Shown here: positions 52,790-64,000 of the stretch, in pieces
Position numbering within the stretch: position 1 is the stretch's first letter
How the letters are laid out: every line of letters begins with the position of its first letter
Assembly (NCBI RefSeq): GCF_006345805.1
Contig: NC_043003.1
Coordinates: 81,778,001 to 81,842,000 of the forward strand
Source of the DNA: Octopus sinensis
Lineage: Eukaryota
Direction: 5' to 3'
DNA length: 64,000 bases
Position numbers and translations under genes: made by a program
The notes under the pieces: generated by a model
The model's input: only the letters and a program-made list of their open reading frames with translations
Told to the model about the DNA's origin: nothing
Database searches by the model: none

Positions 52790-54630
52790 AGAACTAGCTC
52801 GTCTGCCAAACCATCCTGCATAGATGTAGAGACTCAAAGCTACCTGTGAAACAGTAACTAATATAAGTAGCCGACATCTAGAAAGCTCTGAAGAAGCGGT
52901 ATTCAACAAAGGTCCCAACTTTGCGACAACCACAACGCCATAATGGCCATAAAGATACCAAAAGCACAGGGTGATGAATTAAGGTGGAAAGTGAGATAAA
53001 CTAGAAAAAGCGAAACTTCCCCAACTTAACCTCACTAAGGAAGAAAAGTTCGTTATCAAAAGACTACAGAGTGAAAATTCCATCATTACACTTCCAGCGG
53101 ACAAGGGAAATGCTACAGTGGTGATGAACAAGTCTGACTACTCTGAAAATTTGGCAAGTCTTACAAGTGATGGTAGCTACAGCAGACAAAAGAAAGACCC
53201 AACTCTGAAAACAGAGAGGCAGTTGTCACAGGTCTTGATCAAGAACAAGGTTCACTTTACACTAATTAGTACAGAATACCACACATGTACGGTCTCTCTA
53301 AGATTCACAAGGATGGCGTTCCATTAAGACCTATAGTGAGCTGTAGAGGTTCAACATGTCGTCCACTGAGCCGCTTCCTTCTGGATATAATCAGTCCATT
53401 AGCAGGTACGTCAACATCGTACGTGAAGAATTCCACCCATTTCACAGAATTGATCAATGATACCCCCATTGACTCCAACTAGATAATGAGTCTAGATGTG
53501 ATAAGTCTCTTCACCAAAGTCCAAAATGGTGAAGCACTATCGGTGATTCAAGAAAACCTAGTGACATACACCCATCTAAAAGAACGCACTAGTATACCAA
53601 TAAGAAACCTGATGGAAATGTTGACCTACTGTGTAGAAACTACCTACGTTAGTTTGGACACATCGACAAGAAGAGAATTTAGCTATGGTTTTGCCATTAT
53701 CACAGATAATACGAGGGATACTTTGAGAATTTGCCTTTAGGATGAAAACCATTAAAACCAACCCTATGGCTCCGATATGTTGATGAAACCTTTATACTGT
53801 AGCTCCACCAGGAAGATGTCCAAGTGCTGTTAGTTCATACGAACTCAATAAAGCCATCCATACAGTTCACAATGGAAATTGAAAAAGACAATCACCTAGC
53901 ATTCCTGGACGTATTAATAACACGTACCAAGTATGGATCCAAGGCATCCGTATACTGCAAGCCGACCTTCACTGGAAGATACCTCAACTTCAATTCTCAC
54001 CATCCATACAGTGTAAAGAGAAGGATTGCTCAGTGCCTAAAACATCGAGCAAAGAATATAAGTAGCGATTGTGATGTCCACCACGAAGAAATGATCAAGC
54101 TAAGTAACGATCTATTAATTAACACTACCCCAAAAACATACTATTCATTCCAATTATGAAGAAAAGAGAGGATGAAACCTATAAACTGTCCACAGTCTCT
54201 CTACTTTATGTGAAAGACCACACCGAAAAGATACAAAAGATATGCTGTCCACATGACATCAGGACAGTATTAAAGAGTAATACAAAACTTCGTGTAAAAT
54301 GTCCTTCGAGTAAAACCACTAACAGAAGAGAATATGACCAAAGACTGCGTGTATTTCACCTAATGCAGCTGTGGTAGGTTATTCAAAGACAAAGCATGCC
54401 GCCCCCTCAAAATAAGGGTAAGCGAACATTGCAAAGCTGTGATACGAGGAGATATTGATAAATCGGGTAAAGCTGATCATGTATGGAAAATGGAGACCAC
54501 CTCCCCCAGTGGGATGTAGTCAAAATAATAAATAGAGAACATTCCTGGAAAATACGAAAGCTAAAAGGAGCAGCACATATGTTGGGAAAAAACAATCTCC
54601 TAACCATACCGAATGAAAATATGAGCAGCA
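52790..54630 (+). pseudogene. Penelope reverse transcriptase / GIY-YIG endonuclease pseudogene
   Basis: NKGPNFA, PADKGNATVVM, YGLSKIHKDGVPLRPIVS, SLDVISLFT, WLRYVDETF (YVDD mutated), IQFTMEIE..LAFLDV, YLNFNSHHP, CVYF..CSCG, IRVSEH; many frameshifts. Confidence 0.93.
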
Positions 54631-54752
54631 TATGGGAACCGGTATTAAGGAAGGATTAGCATTTTTAGATTTATAAGACATAACATTCACTCCATAATTG
54701 TCCACGGGGATATGGCGTAGTGGTTTTGAGCGTGGGTTACTAACCCCAGTGA

Positions 54753-54874
<122 letters not shown>

Positions 54875-54946
54875 CAACAACAATAACGTCGAAAGATAAC
54901 TTAGAAATGAGAACCCAGGTTCGAAATTTCCCCAATGAAATTTCCC

Positions 54947-54985
54947 TTGATGAAAGCTGGAGAGTATATCAGCCGAAACGTTGTG
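54947..54985 (+). ncRNA. Degenerate hammerhead motif in the 3' pLTR
   Basis: TTGATGA-AA-GCTGG(AGAGTATA)TCAGC-C-GAAA-CG-T-T; C3 to U change; stem I 5' strand not complementary in this copy. Confidence 0.6.
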
Positions 54986-55043
54986 TTGACAACAAACAAG
55001 ATGAGGACAAATATCTGTCAAATTTAAATAACGTAATAAAAAG

Positions 55044-55074
<31 letters not shown>

Positions 55075-56312
55075 GTGTGTGTATAAATGCACACACAGAC
55101 GCACACACCCACCCACAAAACCACACGCACACAAACACGTATACACGCATACACACGCATGCATACACACACACATATATATATATTTGAGAACATACTC
55201 TTTGTGGAGAATGGCGATTTGACGTCTATATCTAGCATGTTGACTGTCCACTTTTCGTGTTCAGTCCTTAATTGGTATATAAAAATATTTTAATCTTTGG
55301 ATTCTTTTTAATATGCTAGACCACTGGTTTTAATTGACTAATATCAATTTCTACCCTTAATTAATTGTATATATATGTATATATGCATAATGGAAAATGT
55401 GAGTAAGAGAAATAGTATTCTTAAGATTATAAACCTAGTAAAGCACAGAACAAGAAAATTTTTACTTGAAGTATTGCAAGAATAAAATTTCAAAAAAATA
55501 TTGAGATTTAGCAAATTCATTAAAAGGTATTATTTATATTTATTATTACTTGTTGCTTTTATTGAAAATACAAAACTGAAAATACTTTTTGCACTGTTGT
55601 CTTGCTCGCATTTTTCCATGTAATTCATGTTTTATTTTTCTAGTCTATGCTATTATGCTAATTAATGATGTGTCAAATGTGTCAATTAGCGGTGTCATTG
55701 ATAATTTTTACATTACCTCAATGACGCTGGTGACACATATTAAAAGTTCCACTATAGAATTATATTCATAAAAAAGTATAGACCTATATTATCACCCTGA
55801 AATTTGAGGAAGAAACACTCATATTTTTTTTCCTTTTAAAACATCATAGTTTGAGATTGATACCATGCAATTCCTAGAATCGAGCTCTATCATTTAAGCT
55901 TAATTAAAATATAATTTGTTTCTGGGATAAAAAAAAAAAGTTAATTATACTTTCATGATATTTTACCTCACACCTTTTTTGACAAACTTTTGTTCCATGG
56001 GAACAAAACTATGAAATTTTTCATTCTCTCTTCTATCATTTGCTTTTAAAATAAAAATGGGTATTTCGATCTAAACTTGATTGGTGGCGTTACTTACTTT
56101 CTTAAAATGTTGCTATGAATTTCGATGTACACATTTTTTTACTGGATCAAATATCAATATTTGGTATGCTAAAATGAAGCTAGGGACGCGTCCTCTTCAA
56201 AAATGTTAAGTTTTCAATTTTGTTAAGAACTAAATTAAGGACAAGCTCTGAAAAATGTTGCGTGTGAGTAAATTGTAGCCTTGAGAAAAGTATTCAACTA
56301 CTACCGTAGTTG

Positions 56313-56381
<69 letters not shown>

Positions 56382-56892
56382 ATGTATGAATACTTATCTT
56401 GGTGGCACAAAGGGCTTCTTTTATGAAATGCTCTATTTGCTGTGTCCGGGGAAAGCTTCCTACATGACGCACAGTGTTAAAGAAAACAGAGTATTCCTAT
56501 GACTGATGATTGCAGATATCGACATTTCTGTATTATTGTGGCTCCTGAATACCATATACGAAATGAATCACTGATCTGGGGCTTATATGCAAATAGAGAG
56601 AAGTCAATTTGCTGATGTTCTGCAGTGTAGCACATGTCAATGAGAACTGAATTAGGAATTAAATCAACTCTAATATTGTAAATATTATCCGCCGGACATT
56701 CATTATTGAGCAGTCAGATTAGTGGCAAAATGTCAAAATCTACCTCTGTTGGTCCCTTAGGTGCGAGTTGTCTCGCCTGTTCTGAGATGCTTGGTCTTCG
56801 TTAACACTAGGCGTCGCGTAAGAAGCATGCCCCGGACAATTTCTGTCAACAAATGGGCATTTTAGCAAAACATACCCACAAGCACAAACACA

Positions 56893-56922
<30 letters not shown>

Positions 56923-56929
<7 letters not shown>

Positions 56930-57122
56930 ATACATGCACACACACACATATACACACACACCGCTTACCTTAGCACTACTAGCACTGGTACTTAGTTATG
57001 TATCTATCTATTTATCTATCTACCTGTCTATCTATCTACACACACACACTCATACATGCACACACACACATATACACACACACCGCTTACCTTTGCACTT
57101 CTAGCACTGGTATTAATTCACG

Positions 57123-57153
<31 letters not shown>

Positions 57154-57156
57154 CTA

Positions 57157-57160
<4 letters not shown>
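56923..57160. repeat. Diverged tandem duplication, 122-bp period
   Basis: CCGCTTACCT..GCACT..TAGCACTGGTA at 56961 and 57083 with matching CA and TATC flanks. Confidence 0.85.
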
Positions 57161-57205
<45 letters not shown>

Positions 57206-58189
57206 TATATATAATATATATATATATATATAAGAATATATACATAATTACACATACACATATATTATGAACAGAGTATATGTACTTGTACAATCTTAGA
57301 TTTGTATCACTGTGTGTGTATGAGTATATGCATATACCTGTAGACATGTTTGTGTTAGTTCCACGTTATATAAGTTGACGCATAATTTCTTTCAGTTTTC
57401 AACAATTTCTTTTCTGTAATATAATGCAAATGTATTTTATGATTATATCTTGGGATACATATTTTAACCTAAATCTCAAGGGAAGTTTCGTCAAGTTTTT
57501 ATATATTACATTTGTATCATAAACTAATTACAAACTTGCATTTTCGAAATATGGACAACTGTATAAGTATCTGTTTCTCAGTATGTATATACGTATATAC
57601 GTATTTATATGTACATATGTATCTGTTACGGATACTAATGCAAATGTTCATAAGTGAGTTATAATTCATATTTAAGTATTAGATTTTTAATAGAATTGAT
57701 TTATATCTGAGACCTAACCTCAATTTGATGTTAAAAATGAAATAACTTTCAGAATTGGCAACTTATGTTAGAATTCATTATTTTTCTAGCTTATTGAAAT
57801 CAAGAAATATTGAATTGGTGCATTGTAAGTTTTGAATAGCGAACGAATAAACCCGGATTCCTGTTTCAATACATGTCGTTTTTAGCCTCTTAGCAAAATA
57901 TCTGTACAACACGATCAAATACATAACATAGGTTTGAGATTATTCATACATGCTTTTAGAAACAATATCGCGTAATTCTCTCTCTGAGTTTCACAAAATG
58001 CAATATAATTCGTACAAAGAGAGTTAAATGCTTCTTTTAGATTACATCAATGTAGATATGTTTTTCGTGAATTTCCTTTTAGGTAAATTTAAATAAAATG
58101 ATTTTACACACACACACACACACATACGCACACACACACAGATCGATTATGAGCGGTAGATAGATAGACAGAAAGAGAGACAGGCTGAG

Positions 58190-58246
<57 letters not shown>

Positions 58247-58398
58247 ATATACAATATAGTATATATTTAAATACATATGGAATTCAAGACGCTAGAAAGA
58301 ACAGCTAGGTCATATAACCACACCGATTATACACAATTATACACGTTAGACCACTGGAAATGTAGATTTTAATTAATTTCCTTTTCCCTTTGATATAA

Positions 58399-58463
<65 letters not shown>

Positions 58464-59186
58464 GATAGATGGATAGATAGATTAGATAGATAGGTAGATA
58501 GAGGCAGATGCTTCTACACATACATACTGCTTCATATATATTAGACATGCACACACATATATATCGACGTATGGATACATGAAGATACACAGATAAGACA
58601 TATATGATTGTGTACACTATTGTAGAATTGTGTGCATTTCGTACACTGTTGAATAACCGTTTGCATTTCGCATTCTTTGCTGCATAATAATTAATGCCTT
58701 TTAATCAAATCCCGAATTCTGATATATCCAATATCATCAAAATACGCTTGAAGTTTATTTAAATTGGTATATATCTATCTTTTAACCTTATCATGCATAT
58801 ACTTTATTCTGTAAGGAAATTACTCGTTTACCACCTCACATTTCTACCACGTGAACTCTTAAAATTGTAAATTGAGTGGAAACAGTGATTGGATTATTTA
58901 AATGGCATAAAATTCGATCAAATTCAAGCAGCAGTAGCGAAACTAATATTATGTCACGGTCCTGCAATTTAAATTCTCTTGGCGCCTGCTGTTTATAATG
59001 CACTGATATCTCTAGAATAAAGTTTTGTCAAGTGAAAATATATAGAAGTCAGTGCATACTATTATACAATGCTACACGCATGTAAGAATACGTAAGCACG
59101 TATGTCTGCACGCATGTATGAATTTGCGTATATACGTATGTGTACATATTCATATGTATGTGTGTGGTGTTTGTGTGCCTGTGAGC

Positions 59187-59222
<36 letters not shown>

Positions 59223-60195
59223 CATATTTGTATAAATATATTTTGTATGTGTATATTTGTAAATCATTTTGAATATAGAAGCCTTGTTGTCCTAAGATTT
59301 TCGATCATTCAAGTGCGAAGAGATTTATAATGTAATACAATGAAGTATATGCTAGAGGTACATATAAAGTATATTTATATAGACTCATTATTTTAAAAAT
59401 ATAACAAGACATACCATACAATGTTCATGTTAATATGTATTTCGATTAGGATTGTAGCGCAAGTTGATTAGGTAGACCTAGGGAACAAAACATTTCCTTG
59501 ATGATCTTTTTTTATCAGCAATTGATAATCTACTTTCCATCTTTTCCTTTGATAATTTATTTGTGTTTCCATCAAATGTTTTGTGTATGGTTATAAAATT
59601 ATGACGAACGTTAGGTGTAGAATCTCTCCATCGTTGTTTGTGTTGGATCGATGTCTTTATAATGTTATTATATATGGGCTCCCAGAAAATTTACTAGCAA
59701 AAACACTGCAATACCCATTATGTGGAACTAACATCTTTCAGGATAGACCACACCACATTAACTAGCTTTTTTTCTGAAGCTCATAAGAGTTGTTTGGTGC
59801 CTTAAAACTAAGTAGGCGTTATACTGAAAATATTCCGAGGCTATTAGTGATTGTCCGCGTTGGTATTATAAATAGGAAGTACAGAATGTTAACACTGGAA
59901 AATCAGTAACTTAGCTGCAAAATTTGGGGAAACTTAGAGATAAACAGGGGATAATTTATAGACCTTAAGTAACATGTTATAGCATACTGCTTATATTAGT
60001 TGAATATTGTTTAGATGTTACGCTTAAATTATACCATGTAGCACATGATGTTGTGAAATAATACGCGTCGCTTCGTGGTGTCGAATTAATAGATTATAAT
60101 TTTCCTCAAAATATGATCACTAGAGCCAATACTCATATTTTAAATATTTTCCTCCCCTCCTCCTCCTCCTCCTCATCATCATCATCATCATTATT

Positions 60196-63100
60196 CCTCC
60201 TTCGTAACCCAGTGTAGGTAAAAATGCACTGGAGACATTAGTCATCTGTCAAGTCACACGAAATTCAGACAGATAATACTTTCCTTGAGATGTCCGGTGA
60301 CAAATAAGTCTGTTTTTTGCATGACATCAGTCTTGCATGGGATTTTCAGTTGATTTAAGAAGATTTGAAGTTTCAATGGGATTGAGCCAACATTCCGATC
60401 ACCACTGGTAACACTTTTACATTACCATCTCACATTCTAAAGTCTTGCCATTTCCACTTTCAAGTCAGAGTACTTGGTGGTTTTTTCAATCTCTTTACTC
60501 ACAACATTCATGTCATTTGGTATAGCTACATCAATGATCTAACAGTATTTGTCTCTCTTGTTCAATATGACAATATCCGTCCGACGGCATTCGATCAAAC
60601 GACCCGTCTGAAAATCATAGTCTCAGAGTATCGTTACTTTCACATCCTCCTGCATAACTTTACTTGGTACATGCTCATACCAGTTCTCTGTTACTTCGTA
60701 TTGGTGTTTACAGCATAAGAGCCAATGAAGATACACACACAATTTATCGTGGCGGCGCTTGTATTCTTTTTGTGCAAGGCTCTCACATCCACTTACCAAG
60801 TGGGTCACATTTTCCACATTCTTTCCACAGAGTCTGCATTTCTGGGTGTCTGAAGTTTCAGAGATGTTATACTTCACGGAATTGGTAGCCTGAGCCTGGT
60901 CTTGTGCAAAAATGATCAAGCTTTTGGTGGCATGCTTCAAATCACCTCGCTCAAGCCATGCCCACCGTGCTATATTATCCTTAACGTCTTGTGTATTTCT
61001 TTCAAACTGTCCACGCATACTCATTTCAAGAAGATCTTCTTTTCTCTTCTCCTCAGCTCTTTGGTTAAATTCTTCTTAGCTCATTATTTCATCTGCATTT
61101 ACACCCATATGTTTCATGGCATGTTGCAGCAGGTCTTCATCACTATCAAATACTCGGCAAGCTTTCTTCTTTTACTCTTTATACAATGGTCTTTACTAAA
61201 TAGTCCTCTGCCACCATCCTTTCAGTTCATATACAGTCTGTTTAGGTGTGCTTTAAGGTGTAGCGCTCCATGCAGCGTCATCAACTTCCTTGTTCTTCTA
61301 TCCAGTGTTGATATTTACTCCTTAGTCCTTTTGTGGATGGATGCACTCTATCTGACCAGCGTAACTGCCCAGATATTCATTGCGGTAATCAAAGTTTTGG
61401 CATTCACGTTGGATTTCATCAACATCTTCACCTATTTTTGATACGCCTCGCTGACACTGACTTTCATATCTGTGTGTATCATGTCATCCATAAAGAGAAG
61501 ATTGACCAATGATGAGCCATTCTTCTCACATTGGTAACCCAACTTAACTTTCCAAAGTGTCATTGTTATGTATATTAGTGCAATTACAAAAAGTAATAGA
61601 GAAAACGAGTCACCTTGGAAGTTTCCCCTTTTAATATGAACTTCTCCAAGGAATTCATCACTTGAGTACAAGTTGGTTTTCCATTCTTTTATGCGCCATG
61701 CATTAGAAAATCTGTGATGTTATCAACAACACGAAACATCTTTAGACATTCAACGATTCAAGAATGTGGCACTATATGTGCCTTCTTAAAGTCAATCCAA
61801 CCATAGACATGTTTGTATGATGTTTTGTACAATGCCTCAAAACTGTTTTATCGATAACCAGGTGATCCTTGGTACCCTGAGAACTATTCCTACGTCCTTT
61901 TTGTTCCCTTGCTAGTATTTCCTCATGTATCTTTGCCGCACATATTCCAGTGAGTACATTCCAGATTATATTTAGGCATGCTATGAGACAGTAGTTCCCC
62001 ACAATATTCCCCAATTTTTTATATTTCATTACAAATGTTGTCCTGCTCATCACCATCTACGCGGATACTGTACCTTTTTAGACACACTCTTTCCATTGGG
62101 CTGCTAGTTTTTTTTATGCACCGCGTGGCATCTCTTCAGCCAGAAGCTATGAATCCCATCTGGTCCGAGGGCTTTCCAGTTAGGTACTTTACCTACCTGT
62201 TCTTTCACATTACCCACACTTATGACAATATTCCTTTGTTTCTTTCCTCCTTGTAATTCTGTCTTGATAGTTCCTATCCACATTGCATCCCTTTTATGCA
62301 CCCCATTGTTTCCCCATAATCAGCACCAGAACGCCTTGCCTTGATTTGCATCAGTAGCAACATTTCCTCAGTTTTCTCCTTCTAACGTTCGGAAGAATTG
62401 CTTCAGGTCATTTTTGAAGTCTTTTCTCCGCGAACTTCTTATTTCTTTTCACAAATCTTCAGATCTTCTGGCTTTTTTTAATGATCCTCTGTTTTAACGG
62501 CTCTATTGCTGCATCAGACCCGTTCTTCCGTATTTTATATTTTTTCTCGAATCTTTCTCGGTCGGACTTTTTCCCATTTTTCCAGTTTCCTCTTAACCAT
62601 TGCTCAATTTTTCCGAGATCATGCCTTGCCCGAATTTTTTCTCTTTCAATGCGCGGTTTCCACCATGGTTCTTTTGCTTCACCATTTTGTGCTTTCTTAA
62701 GTTGTAATTTCTCCTCGACAAGTAGTTCGGAGAAGATTCGTTGTTTGTGTTATGTACTCTGTCTGGATGTATGGTATGATAGTATTTAACTTTTGTGATA
62801 CTTTATCATACTCCTATTTACCCTTTTCATATTCATGGGGATCTTGTCTTCTGGAGCATTCAAGTCGGTGAGTCGTCTTTGAATTTCAAGCAATTCATTA
62901 TCTAGTTGGTTCACTTCCCTTGCAAGTCCACCTACCACAGTATCAGGGTTCACTGTGTAACGTTCTTGTTCCTCATCCTTAACAGCCCAATCACCATTTC
63001 CCTGTTTCTCCTGTATACTCTTCTTCCTACTTTCAGTTCCCACCTTTCTCAAATCCGACCATCCTTTGTAGCCCATCCGCAGGGGCTCTCAGACACTCAC

Positions 63101-63510
63101 TAATCCGAGATGTTTCTACACCAGTAAAGTATACCTTCCTCCTAATTACTCTCACTTGGTTCCTTACTTTATTTTCTGACATTGGACTCATGTACTTTTC
63201 CATCCAAAATTTCAAGTTGCGTCGGCCTCCTCCGCGATTTCATTCCAGCTTTGCCCTTTCATGATATTCAATGAGTGTATCGTACTCTTCCTTCGTCCAT
63301 TTAGGTCTGTTCCTGCGCACAATGTGTTTCGTGATCTGTTGTGACATAACGACCTTCCGATATCAGATCACTGCCCCTGATGCGGGCGGTTTCGGATGTG
63401 CCGGGCAGGAAATCTTCTCCATGATCCGCTAGAGATTCATTGTTGCCGTTAATTATTTCCTTGTATTGCATCATGATTTCATGAGTCGTTCGTGGAGTTC
63501 CCACGAGATT
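60196..63510 (-). mobile_element. Near full-length, degenerate R4/Dong-type non-LTR retrotransposon
   Basis: NWKALGPDGIH, EQKG..GTKDHLVIDK, WIDFKKA..VPHSW, RGNFQGDSFSLLLF, LLFMDD, CCHC knuckle CRLCGKNVENVTHLVSGC, REL IIDVAIP..KYSDL; 3' tail (AAT)(GAT)(GAG)n at 60151-60195. Confidence 0.95.
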
Positions 63511-63662
63511 TGTTATTGAAATCCCACCTCTCTCTTCTTCTCATTATTTCTTAATACACGTGCACATGTATGTACATACACATATACATAAATAACGTGC
63601 TTGCATTGTGTCGCCTCCATAAGCACAGTGATGATCATTACCACCATCGTTCTACCTAAAGC

Positions 63663-63664
<2 letters not shown>

Positions 63665-63708
<44 letters not shown>

Positions 63709-63730
63709 GTTATCATTATTATTATTATTA

Positions 63731-63770
<40 letters not shown>

Positions 63771-63795
63771 GTTGTTGTTGTTGTTGTTGTTGCTA
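63665..63795. repeat. (TTA)n/(TTG)n microsatellite
   Basis: Direct reading. Confidence 0.95.
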
Positions 63796-64000
63796 TTATC
63801 TATGGCTTCCTTTCATTATAACTTACTTTAAGCTGCCTTAGTACCCGGCATCCTCCGGAGGCCAAGATTAGCAAGTGTACTTTTGCTTTGCTATGCATGT
63901 TAAAATTAACACATTGATTCCATTTTTGAGGGAGAGTGTTTTCCGTAGTATATGGGATGTACGCATCAAGGTTATCTTTTGTAATTCAGGGAGATTGGAA

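Noticed and set aside
63830-63875. GC-rich palindrome CCTCCGGAGG upstream of the Dong 5' end as an HDV-like ribozyme
   Set aside because: The nested P1/P2/P3 pseudoknot could not be built; more likely the 3' UTR of another LINE ending in the (AAC)(AAT)n tract.

Overview
AT-rich, microsatellite-dense animal genomic DNA. The SINE families and TE mix suggest an octopus/coleoid cephalopod; this is inference from recalled repeats and was not verified. No host protein-coding gene can be called: most ORF-track entries are translated microsatellites, and the few exon-like islands are strand-ambiguous. The window is a stack of mobile elements. DNA transposons: a TIR-complete mariner, a TIR-complete Tc1, a Chapaev-like fossil, a Tigger/pogo fossil and a Helitron/Helentron-type non-autonomous element. 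Retroelements: two Penelope-like elements (one near full length with direct pseudo-LTRs), three R4/Dong-type LINE copies of different ages, CR1 and RTE 3' tips, a possible Gypsy remnant and many tRNA-derived SINEs. The most interesting signal is a set of minimal type-I hammerhead-ribozyme motifs. Two have intact cores (~20.0 kb and ~37.3 kb, minus strand) and four are degenerate. They have unrelated stem-II sequences, and most sit in Penelope pseudo-LTRs or short ORF-less repeats. Hammerheads in Penelope-like elements are a known class, so any novelty would lie in these specific cephalopod families and arrangements. Other highlights are a head-to-tail SINE trimer with identical junctions, a tRNA-like cloverleaf with its own T5 terminator, and an inverted ~95%-identical RT fragment upstream of the Penelope element. 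Coordinates and alignments were read by eye.
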